A stretch of 64,000 nt of DNA from Thermodesulfobacteriota bacterium (lineage in GTDB: Bacteria; Desulfobacterota; Desulfarculia; JACQYL01). The notes beneath the pieces are model-generated. The model had not been told where the DNA came from and searched no databases. It was given only the letters and a program-made list of their open reading frames with translations. A program made the position numbers and the translations under genes. Numbering within the stretch: the stretch's first letter is position 1; each line of letters starts with the position of its first letter. Below are positions 38,708-49,400 of this stretch, in pieces. The DNA lies in NCBI GenBank assembly GCA_963675595.2, contig CAXXLZ010000001.1:1248001-1312000 (forward strand), given 5' to 3'.

Positions 38708-38720
38708 CAACTTATTGATA
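38708..38720 (-). promoter_or_regulatory. IHF-consensus site on the host side of att
   Basis: Reverse strand TATCAATAAGTTG matches WATCAA-N4-TTR. Confidence 0.45.
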
Positions 38721-38866
38721 TTACATTGTAACCCCAAGGAGCTCTTTGCCTTTTTTCGCGATGGAATCCCTCAAGGGGGGAGCCCCATTACTTACTTCTA
38801 CTTACTTCACGATTCCCATATCGCCCTTTGAGAAGCATGAATGATTGGAGTTGGTCACGACGTCAC

Positions 38867-39050
38867 TGTTTAGGGGAGGAATCGCCGGACGCTCGGCGGA
38901 GGGTGAAAATTGGGGTCTCGAACGTGGCCCCCTGATTATGCGATGGTTGTGCGACACATCCGCAATCACCGCACAATGGGGATTCATTCGGAAGGGTTCG
39001 GCGGCAAGGGCTCCCAAGTCGGCGATGCGCTCGGCAAGTCCCTATAAACA
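38867..39050. repeat. 184-bp degenerate palindrome (MITE-like element or structured RNA)
   Basis: TGTTTAGGGGA...TCCCTATAAACA termini with nested pairings GCCGGACGC/GCGCTCGGC, CCCC/GGGG and TGCGATGGTTGTG/CGCAATCACCGCA. Confidence 0.55.
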
Positions 39051-39083
39051 AAAAAAGGACTTGGTCGAAATTGACCTAAGTCC
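39050..39083 (-). terminator. Rho-independent terminator of the original tRNA-Asp locus
   Basis: Minus strand GGACTTAGGTC-AATTTC-GACCAAGTCC-TTTTTTT, about 10 bp after the tRNA CCA end. Confidence 0.8.
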
Positions 39084-39093
39084 ATGAGGCTTA

Positions 39094-39140
39094 TGGCGGG
39101 AGCGACGAGACTCGAACTCGCGACCTCCGGCGTGACAGGC
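39094..39140 (-). tRNA. 3' half of tRNA-Asp(GTC): displaced fragment and prophage att core
   Basis: GCCTGTCACGCCGGAGGTCGCGAGTTCGAGTCTCGTCGCTCCCGCCA contains the anticodon loop CTGTCAC, T-arm TTCGAGT and CCA. The 5' half is absent and replaced by phage DNA. Confidence 0.9.
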
Positions 39141-39166
39141 TTTAAACAAGAACTCGTATCGCCGAA

Positions 39167-39179
39167 TATCAATAACTTA
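39167..39179 (+). promoter_or_regulatory. IHF site in the phage att arm
   Basis: TATCAATAACTTA matches WATCAA-N4-TTR, 26 bp from the att core; AAACCCT direct repeats follow (~39210-39230). Confidence 0.65.
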
Positions 39180-39249
39180 CGACGTGGGGAAACGTCGAAA
39201 TGCGCGCAAAAACCCTTTAGGGAAACCCTCTGAGGGTTGTCGAGGTTCC

Positions 39250-39465
39250 ATGCAAACCGAATCCGAATTTAAAGCTGATGTAGCCGCAGAGATGTTTTTT
39301 CAGGAAACAAAAGACGAAATTTGGTTCACTCCAGGAATTCGAGAAGCCTATATGGCCGACAATGCAGATTGGCTGGAAGAGCTTTGGCAGGATTACAAGC
39401 GGCAAGCGCTGGCCGAAGCCGAGCAAGACGCCAGAGGGTTGATGGAAGAAATTGGGGAGGAATAA
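39250..39465 (+). CDS. Small acidic prophage protein
   Basis: GAGG RBS; MQTESEFKADV...; TAATG coupling to the next ORF. Confidence 0.6.
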   Translation: MQTESEFKADVAAEMFFQETKDEIWFTPGIREAYMADNADWLEELWQDYKRQALAEAEQDARGLMEEIGEE

Positions 39466-39710
39466 TGGAACGACCACAGCATCAGGTACAGCGACTCATA
39501 GATCGCATCGAGCGGCGCAAAGCCGAAAGGATCAGGCAAAAACCGGACACGTTGTCCATATACGGATTGAAAATTGAAGACAATGACCCGCAACTCGACG
39601 ATGCACTGCGTGCGTCTCTGGATAAAGCGGCAAAGAACGCTTCCCGTGTTCTCCATGATATAGTTGTGAATGCAATCAAACACGCAAATAAGTCGGTAGC
39701 AGGAGAATAA
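39465..39710 (+). CDS. Small prophage protein
   Basis: GGAGG RBS; MERPQHQVQRL...; converges on the holin-like gene. Confidence 0.6.
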   Translation: MERPQHQVQRLIDRIERRKAERIRQKPDTLSIYGLKIEDNDPQLDDALRASLDKAAKNASRVLHDIVVNAIKHANKSVAGE

Positions 39711-39719
39711 CAATCTTCA

Positions 39720-40070
39720 TTACTGTTTCGAGGCCTCCATGACGTAATGCAGCACTGCAACCCATGTCGCCCCCAACGCCGAAGCTATGCCGATGGTAAA
39801 CGTCCACAAAAATTTCATCTGCCCCCTGGGGCACGAGGATTGATGACTTTGAATCGTGGCGATGATGCCGTCAGGCGCGCATATCTGATCCATCTTTCGC
39901 CACACGGCCCGAAACTGTGACTGAAGGTCGGATATCTGAGAGCTCTGAACAGCAATTGCGTCCAACTTCGAATCAATCATATCCATCTTTTTTTCTACGC
40001 GCTGTACCTGTCTTTCCAGGCCCATCAAGCGGTTGTCGTCGATCATGGTCACTCCGGTTTCTTTCCCCAT
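39720..40070 (-). CDS. XhlA-like coiled-coil plus C-terminal TM protein (lysis module)
   Basis: Coiled coil LERQVQRVEKKMDMIDSKLD and a single C-terminal TM; adjacent to the holin. Confidence 0.6.
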   Translation of the reverse strand: MGKETGVTMIDDNRLMGLERQVQRVEKKMDMIDSKLDAIAVQSSQISDLQSQFRAVWRKMDQICAPDGIIATIQSHQSSCPRGQMKFLWTFTIGIASALGATWVAVLHYVMEASKQ

Positions 40071-40447
40071 ATTTTTTCAGCACTCCGCCCCACCACATAT
40101 CCGCCCACGCCCACATTCAAAAGTGCCCAGAGGCCGTCAGGAAGTTCGAGCATTTTTACCTTATCGGTGAACGCCGATAGGTAAGGGAAAAAGATATAGT
40201 TGTTCACCACGATGGCCATGATGGACACCATGAGCATGGGGCGCCAGTTGCGCTGAAGCCAGGAACCCTGCGCCTCCAGGCGCACGATGGAAGCCCGGAT
40301 TTCCTGGTCCTGAAGCATGGCCGCCTGCATGCCGGCCTGGATTTCCGCTTTGGCTTTGGCCTTGTCCGCTTCACTCATGGACGGCGGGAACCAGTGATCC
40401 AGGACCTTACCCGCTACGTTCAGTGCCGTGTCGATAATGGGGATCAT
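40049..40447 (-). CDS. Holin, GTA 3TM-holin family
   Basis: KVLDHWFPP...EAQGSWLQRNWRP...LWALLNVGVGGYVVGRSAEK. Confidence 0.85.
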   Translation of the reverse strand: MIPIIDTALNVAGKVLDHWFPPSMSEADKAKAKAEIQAGMQAAMLQDQEIRASIVRLEAQGSWLQRNWRPMLMVSIMAIVVNNYIFFPYLSAFTDKVKMLELPDGLWALLNVGVGGYVVGRSAEKIWGKKPE

Positions 40448-43400
40448 GACGCCTTCTCCCGTTCTTCATCGTCCCGAGCAAACACCGCCTGCATGGCATC
40501 CCGGCCGTAAAGCCGCATGTACCACTCGAGCGCTTTGCGGTACACTTCCCGATCCTTCGCGGAAAGGGTCCCGAGAAAGCGCCGCCTCATGTTCTTGGAC
40601 ATACCTCCGAGCGGGTGTGCGAGCTTCACGCTGATTTTGAGCCCCTTGGCCGATCCTCCCAACTCGAAATACTTTTGAAGGTATCGTTTCGCCGCCTTCA
40701 CGTCTCCGTATCGCAGAGCCCGTTTGTATTGGTAAAGAGCGTTCCCCTTCTTTGTCGGCGTAATCGACGGCATTTCTCTTCCCTGGTCCTCCAGGAAGTC
40801 GAACATCTTTTTCTTGACGTCGTAGTAAGCCGTCTCCCCGGGGTCGGATGAGTACCCTCCGAAGGCGAATATGTCGCTGAACAGTTGGCCCAAAACGGTC
40901 TCCTCCTTCCTCATCGGCTTGGGAGGCAGGTCCGTAAACTCGGACAATCCGCGAGACGCCCATACGTAGGGGGTTCCGAGAGAGAACAGCCGGGCGATAT
41001 GCTCCGCCTTGTCTCGAATCGGCCGCGGAGCCGTCGGGTCCGGCCACAAGGCCTTGCCCGTGATCGTCTCATAGATCGCTTTCTCAATCGGCCTGGTGCC
41101 CTGGAACAATCGAAGAGGACCGGCTGCGAGTCCTTCTCCGGCCTTGGTTACAATCGTCTCACGGCCGCTCACGACGTCTTTAACGTCCTCCACGACGTCT
41201 TCCGCGCCGAACCACCCCAGCGCATCAGAGAGGGCTCCTTGGAACCGAATAGACATGATCGTTCCGTCTTCCCGGCGCCCGAGGATCAGGTGAAGTTGAC
41301 GCCGTTTGTCTTCTCCGATCTCGTCCCACTCGTCCGGGAAAAACGTCATGTTGAACAGGACTACGGCCGCGTACAACGCCGAAGCCTTGACTCCGAGCTT
41401 GGTAGCCTTCCATCCAAGCACCGCGCCTACGCCCGCCTTACTCTTCCCCTCGTATTGCAGGTTCCGAAGCAGCCGGACATACCTGGGGGCGTTGATCTCC
41501 ATCCACGAATAGAACGAAATCAGGTGCCGGCGGATCCACTTGCCCGCCTCCGAAATGTTGCCGTAATCTCCGATTAGTTCTCGAGAGAGCTTCGCCGCCA
41601 TCTCGGCATCCGTCGCGGAGTCCTTCATGGACAACAGCTCGTCCCGATTCGACGCCGCGATCATGTTTTCCCCGGGCTTCCGGCCCTTCTTGATCTGGTC
41701 CTGGAAATACCTGAACGCTGCAAGTCGCAGGATGTTTTCCCGGAACGTGGTGAAGTCCTTGGATGACTTCCAGAAGCGCTTGAACAGGTTCGGTCGTTCC
41801 CCGCGGAGGACCTCGAGGAAGTCGTTCTCCGCAAGCGACGACGCTACTTCGTTGAGCTCCTGGACGGACCATCCGGAGGACGTGACTCCGAGACGCATAG
41901 CTTCGTCCATTTGCTCCTGGAGCCCCTTTGGCAAAGCGGCACGGTTGCGGTACGCCTTCAGGTCCTTCGCCGCCTTCCAGGCATATTTGAAAATCTTCGG
42001 GTCATAGGCCATCACAATATCGGCGTCGCCCGACAGGTTGTTCAGGTTGTATCTGATCCACCGGAACGGGTTCACCAGGGTCCATATTTTCCAACCGCTT
42101 TGAACCTTGGCCGACGCCTTCGACAAGACGTGATCGTCTAACGGCGGATTCAAGTTGTCCAAGGTCTTGGCAAGGTCCACGGGAACGGCCCATGCCTGTC
42201 CCGGTACCCGGGCCCACACTTGCGGGATTTTGTCCGGCAGAGGTTCCCCGGCGCGGACCCGTTCGAGGACGGAATCGGTGATGCTGTTCACACGAAAGAA
42301 CACGCCGCCCGGTTTCGGTTGCCATGCGGTGAAGCCCGGAGGGAGGAAATCATCCCACTCGGACCTGTCGGACCCGAGGACGTCATTGATGACTACAAGT
42401 CGCTGGTTCCTGCCCTTGTAGAATCCAAAGGCCGCTCCTTTTGCCGCGTGGCCGGTTTGAACCAAATGGCTCAAAAGCTCAAACAGGTTCATCCCCGTTA
42501 CGTCGATTCGCAGCTCCGAGCCCGTGGCTTTGTTTTTTTGGGCTTGTTGGACGCGGGCATGTTCGGACGCGAGCTTGGCGACGATCTTGTTGAATTGGTT
42601 GGGTAGTCCGGCCAACTCTCCATCGGAGGCCATCTTTGCCAAACGGTGAAGCGCTCGGCCCATGCGAACGCCGCCGCCCTTCATGCGGGCGTCAAGCTCG
42701 GCGAACGCCTTCATATCTTTCTTTTCGAGATCGGCCCATTTCTCCGCGAACATGGCATCGTTGGCGGCCTTGGCCCGCGCTTCAAGAGCCGGACGAACAT
42801 CGGCAACCTGCTTCATCCGGTCCATGGCTTTCTTCGTTTCGACCTGGGCGAGCCCTTGGGCGATCACTTCGAATTCCGACTGGAAATAATCGGTGGAGTA
42901 GTCCTTTACGGACCCCTTTCGGGCGATCTGCCACCCTTTGCGGTGCATCCGCAAGTCCCGGGATCCGGTTCCCGGGGCGAGGTTGTACGACTCCCCGAGC
43001 GCTCTGGCCGCACGATACTCGAGAACCTGGTGGTGGAAATACCGATCATCATCGAGGACGGACTTATCAAGAAGGTCCTCCTCGACCAGGGAGCGCTTAA
43101 GCGCCCGCATAAAGTCGTGCCGCACCTTGATCGCCGTAGACACGCCCTCGTTTTCCAATGCTTGCCGACGGATGTGCGTCGCGTAGTCCCGCGCCGTTTG
43201 TTCGTCGAAGCCGAAAGGTAGCTTGCCGTCTTGGTCGGGCTTCAAGAGTCCGGAGTCCATGTCGCGGATCATGTCGTCCATGACCAAGTGAAGTTCGAAG
43301 AGACGTTTCTCTTGCATCGTTTTCATCGGTCGAACGATGTCGGCGAGTTGTTCCTGGGCTTTACGCCGGCTGTTCTCCGACGTCTCTTGGAACAATCGAA

Positions 43401-46400
43401 GGATATTCAGCTCGGCCCCGAAGGTGTCCGGGTCCAGATGCTCGTGAGCCCTGGTGAACTGGTTTTTGGTCCAGGCCACGGAGGCGCGGAGTTTTTGCGC
43501 CAATGAGGCAATGGGTATTCCTTTCGAAGACACATCCAAGCGTTTCTTCACGTCTTCCGGGAGTCCGGCGTAGAGTCCGGAAAGGTCTGGCGACTTGGAC
43601 CGAAGGGAAAACATGGGCTGGCCTGCTTCGAGAACCGAATCCCGCATTTTGTCGTTAATCGGCACGAAGTGGACGGCTTGTATGTCCTGTTCGCCCGTGT
43701 CAATTTTGGTGGTTCCGACCTTGACACCCCATTTTTTGACGTACTTGTTCACTAGAGACGTAAGTATTTTGTCGTAGAAGGCGACCATCCCTTGGCTTGC
43801 ATGCTCTACTGTATCGTTCAAGGCGTAGAATACATATCCGTCGTCATTGTCTGGACGACTTAAAAGGTCGTTCGCTGCGTTTTGGCCTATGTAGTCTGCC
43901 AAGTCGGCCTGCGAAACCTTTCTTTGGGTGAACAAATAATTGTCGTCCTGGTCAAAAGCCGTTAATTCATTGTGGGCTCTATCGTATGAAACAGATGTAA
44001 TATAATCGGTTAGCTTATATCTGTTGGATTGCTGCTTTCCCGTTGTCCAGGCCACGCCGTCCATGTTTTGCTCTGCGGCCTTTCTAAGCATAAACTTAAA
44101 CCCTAACAACGGCCAAGACTGCTTCCATGGTGCGTCTGCAACCGAACCCCTCTTCGTTGGATCGTAACCCTTTTTCCTTCCTTTTTGGTGCCAATCACTT
44201 TGTATTTCTTCAATAAATAAAAGACGACCGTCGCCGGAAGAGCTGTCTCGAACACTTGTTCTGGTATGTAAAATAGGGTTCTTGTCTCCACTGAAATGGT
44301 TGCTATAGAAAAGCTCTTCGTCAATATCAAACGAAAAAACATGCTCATTATACAACGATAATGGTCCGCCTAAAACATACTGACCGTATTGCGTATACAT
44401 GTGATTCTGTGCTTTGTATGCAAATACATCGTTTGATAATTCATCGACAAAAAAATCAGGATACAAAGACAAAACCACTTCATCATACAGCACTCTAACG
44501 TCGATATTTTCAACATCGTAAAAAATGTGGTGGCTACCGTTGTTTGCTAATAGTTCGCTAAAGATTTTGTCCTGATGCTCCATTAAATACGCAACGGCGT
44601 TTTTCGCCGAGACACGCACTTCTTCAGGTGTAAAGAAATAAGGATCTTTCGTAGACTCCGCTTCTGAGTTCGCCACGTCAATGTCTAAAAGAAGCGTCGT
44701 TAGAGCGTCATCACTTTCCGATGTCAACGTCTTAAAGAAGCCGGTTATGGCGTTATAGACAGATGTAGCCTTGGCGTGTAGGCCGTCACTGTCGGAAAAA
44801 GGCCTTTCGCCCTTCCATATATCAAGAATGTTGGGCGTTGCAGCCCTAACAAAACCAATTACATCGTCTTTGGTTACCTGTCGCTCGTTGCGAGCTTCAA
44901 GCCACTCTACCATACCCGACCAATCAAGCTCTTCCTGCTTGAACTCGCCCTTCCGAGCAAAGCCCTGCACCATTTCAGCGAACCCTTTTCCGGTTCCCTT
45001 GTGCGGCAATTTCTTTTCCAAAACCCGCTGCATATGAGAATACAGCACCGGCCCCTTGGCCGAGAAAGACATGCCGGCTCCGCCCCGCCCGACCGCCTGC
45101 CTTGCCTTCGAGATCAAGTCCCGAATTTCCGCGTCGGACAACTTGAGTCCGGGGAACAACCGCCGCAACGCCTTGCGAACCGCCGCGATCAATCGATCCA
45201 GAAAGGACGCCTTGAACTCCGGATCCCGCGCGAGCTTGGCGACGGCTTCTTCGATGGCCTGCAACTTCTGTTCTCGGTCCTTCAGGTCCAGCCCGTAGTT
45301 GTCCGCGATTCCTCGGGCGGATCGCGCTACCCGACTATTCAGCCACGCCGCGTTCAGGATCGGCGTTAGGTCTTCTCCAAGTACGGCGCGAAGTCCGAAG
45401 TGACCCACCATCTCTTCAAGGTAGACACGCTGCGCCCGCTCAGGCGAGGATAGATTGTCGGCTACGAGGTAGACTTTGCCGTCATGGTAGACGCCTTCGA
45501 CTCGCCCTTCGTAACCTCGTGCTTGAATGATTTTGCGAACGGCTTCGGGTAGATCGGACTCGGATTGCACTATTGCAACGTCGGCCGGCAGTTGCGCGTT
45601 GTCGGTCGCGGAGCGCACCGCTTCCGTCACGGCTTCGACCGAGTTTTTCTTTTCGGCGGGTTTTTCCGAAAGGGAAAACTTCCCCGCATCTTTGGCGGGT
45701 TTTTCTTTGGAGGCTTCAGTGTCGGTGGTCTTCTCGCTCGACTCCCGGTCGGACTGTTTCTTGTCCCCGGACCCATCTTTCTTTTTCCGAGCCGCCGACT
45801 TCTTTTTCCCGGATTCGGATTTCTTTTTCCCTACTTCGTCTTTTTGCTTCCCGGCACGATCACCTGCCCGTACCGTTCGTTCATCCTTCTTTTCAGACGT
45901 TTGTGTCTCTGCGCCGCGATCTCGTCCCCTTCCGGAACCAGGCTCCCCTCCCTCACCATCTGTTCCAGCTCCTTGGCGAGCGCCTGGAGTTCTTCCTGCG
46001 ACAGCTTCCGGGATTCGTTCGGCGACGGCTTCGTAGAATTCTCGTTTGATTCCATCCGCTTCCCTCGGACTTCCCGCCTTGGACAATCGCAAGGCGTACT
46101 CGTTCAACAACTCGCTGATCGGCCCACCCTGAAAACCGGCCAGCTTGTCAAAGGCGTCCTTCATGAACGCCGCGCGTTCGGCCGCCGACCGATTGTCCGC
46201 TACCTTGATTGTGTTGCCGACCTCGGACAGTCGTTCCGCCTTGCCCGCATTTGCTACGGCGGAAAATAGGCGCTTGTCGTCGACAAACCTGCCCACAGCA
46301 TACTCTCGCAGCGCCGCGCGGTCCATCAATACCGGGCGAGTCCCGAAAAAATCTTCTTCGCCGAACAGGGACGCCTGGGTCCCCCTCGTCGTGGGAATCC

Positions 46401-49400
46401 CCTTGACCTCGTTGATCAACTCCCTCAAAAAAGCCGGCGATATTTTGCGCCCCTTGGAACGCTCCTTGTCCACCGCCTTCATGACTTCGAGTTGCGCCCG
46501 CTGGTCCTCGAGTCCTTCCCCCAAGACGACGCCGAGTCCCTGGTCGAGTTCTCCGCTCTCCACCTGTCCGAAAATACTCGGGTGTAGCTGGGACAGAGCC
46601 GCGCCCTTGCGGGCCAAGTCGCCCTTCAAGGAAACCTTGAATTTTTCCATCAACTCCTTCGGGGTGATGCCCTTTTCACGCATGAAATGCGCTACGTCTT
46701 CCGGTCGGCCGTTGCCTTCGGCTATGTTGATCGCCGCGCCCTTCAGCTTGGCGTCCTGCCACGTCTCCGCCTGCAGGAAACGCACGTCCACGTCGGGAAC
46801 GCCTGCACGCTTCGCCAGGTCATAGCGATGATGGCCGTTGACGACGTAGGCTTTCCCGTCTTCCGGATCGAACCAAACCGACAACACACCGCCCAACTCC
46901 GGATCATACTCCTGCACGTCGCTGAGTTTGGATCCGGCTCCGGTTCTGGAATTCACGTCGCGCTTGAACTGGAACCGGTCGGGATCCACATTCAGGTCCT
47001 CGGTCTTCATCCGCACAATGCGGGAATCCGTGGGGATGGTGTCCCGATCAATCGTTCCGTCTTCGCGGACCACGATCGAAGAAGGGGCGGTCGCCCGTTC
47101 TATCTCCTCGTCCTGCTCGGCACGTTCCCTGCGCCGTTGCTCCCAAGGCGGAACCTGCTTGACCTTTCCCGTCGCCTCATCCGCCGTCGCCGCCTCTTCC
47201 GGCTCGGTATCCGGAGGCGGGGGCGTAATCGTGGGCGGCTTCTTGGCTCCTTGCTCGCCGGTCTCCGCTTCACCCGCCGGGCCCGTGATGACGGCCTCGA
47301 CTCCGAGCACTTCTCCCGTGTCCCCGTCCACCACTTCTTCGAACGTGACGGCCTGGTCAGGGTCCTTGATGGCCTTCCGTACTTCCTTATGGAGCGCTGC
47401 GGACTTCTCGTTCCGGAACGGACGATCGTTTTTCGTACGCACCCGGCGCGTAACGATTTCCGGCTCCTTCGGCGGCTCTTCGCTTGACTCTTCCGCGCCC
47501 GGAGGAGGGGGTGCCACGGTGGCGGGTTCGGAAGGCTTCTTCTGGCCTTCGTCGGAGTTCCGCGCCGAATCCTCAGGCTTCAGAGGACTTCCTCCCCCTC
47601 CCAAGAGATGGTTCGCGTAGTCGTAACCCGTCTTGCCAAGGTCCGACCCGTTAACCAAATAAACGGTTTTGGTGCCCGCATCCTTGATACGTTGTTCGTA
47701 CTCGTGTTGTGCCTTATATGAATCCAGGCGGTTGAACGTGGCGCGATTCCATTTCAACTTAGGCTCCTCAAGGGAGCTTGTTTCCAACCTTCCCTCTTCG
47801 AACAACGAATCAATCCGATCTCGGATGCTCGACACCTCACCGGTGTCTTGAAACCTAAGTTCCTTCTCAAGCGCTTTTTTAGCCCTGCCCTTCTCCATGG
47901 GCGACTTGGAGCGGACGAAACCGTTCCACCGATCCTCCCGCGATGCCGCCGCCTCGTCGGTCGAAGGAGGCACTTCACCTTCCACGCCCTCCGCCACCTC
48001 ATCCGAAGGCGGAATATTAATGTCGGCGACTTCATCCGGCGCAAAGTCCTCTTCGTACTCCCCTCCGCCTTCGTCGGAACGAATGGTGACCGTCTCGCCT
48101 TCGCCCTTGGGTTCTGTCGGCTCTTGAGTGTCCGGTGCTTGCCCTACCCCTTCCTCGGTCGCATTCGTCGATCCTGGGGCAACCTCCGGCTCCGTTTTTT
48201 CGGGCCTGCCTTCGGCTTTTTTGGAATTCGCCGCGATGTAGTCCTCTGCGGACTTCAAGTTCTCCCGCCATGCTTTCGGAACCGGTCTTCCCCCTTCCTC
48301 CTGAGAGGAGATCAATTCCCGAAGCTGACGGGCGATACTTTCGGCCTGGTCTACTGTATCGAACTGCGACCAAGGCTCTACTTTTTGCCCTTCTTCCCCT
48401 GTCCCTTGCCCTTGCTCTTCTCCCGGGGTTCCGGTGCCTGCTGCGACTGCTTCTTCGGTTTTTGAGGCCTCTTCTTGGACATTGAATCCTCCTTCGGCGT
48501 CGATCTCTCGGGCTCTACGTCTGGCGTATTCCGCAACCGGCGAGTCATCTTTGTAAAGTGCGTCCACCGCCCCAACAGACCCGAGTTCCCGAATCTTCTT
48601 CTCGATGAATTGAACCTGCCCCTCGTCCAACCCTTGGGAAGCGCTTTCCTGTTTTCTGGAAGGCGTTTCCGGGGTCTTTGGAAGGTTGTTTTCGGGTGCC
48701 CGTACGGTACTTTCAACCGGTTGGGAAGGCGCTTCCGTCGCAACGGGAAGATCGGGGAACCCGAGATAATACTGGTCCGGCCCCACCTGATCCAGCGTAA
48801 CGTTAACGCCCCCCTCGAAAGCGTCTTTCAACATCCAGCCCATGCGGTGCGCCTGGCGCAACGTCAACGGCTCTCCACCCGGCATTCCAAACCCGCCCCG
48901 GCTACTGCGTTCCAAACCGAAGGCATCGTCCAGGGTCTGCTCGGAAAGCTGCTCAGGCTTGAATTGTCCCTGCTCCGGACTCCACGGCTTCCACCCGGGT
49001 TCCTCAGGAGTTGTCTCTGGGGCAATAGGCGTATGATCCGCCACCATGGGCGGTCCCTGCCGCCGAGCATCCGACGAAGCCAACGGACCCGTAGGCCGCG
49101 CCGCTTCCGCGGGAGTCTCGGTCGTCTCAGGCCCCAATAGGTTGATCTCCTCGCCGCTCGCCAACCGGTCCGGCATGACCCGCTGCTTCGGATTCGCAAC
49201 AGGCGTGAATTCGTCCTGTTCTCCAAAAGCGATGGTGCCGTCCGGTTCCACGGCCCCGGTGGGTGCGTTCTCCTCGTCGAACACCGCCCGCTTCCTGGGA
49301 GAATCTACGGTAAGGTAATCCCGTTGCGTTTGAGGCTGAGTGATTGTTGCGCCGGTTTCGGGGTCAATGGCAGACTGCTGCCGCGACGCCGCCTGCTCCG

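Noticed and set aside
38867-39050. Firm call as 6S or SRP RNA
   Set aside because: Only size and shape fit. No SRP core motif is present and the mismatch pattern is strand-neutral, so it is kept as an unassigned finding.
39094-39140. Functional tRNA-Asp gene
   Set aside because: The acceptor 5' strand and D-arm are missing; this is only the att-associated 3' fragment.
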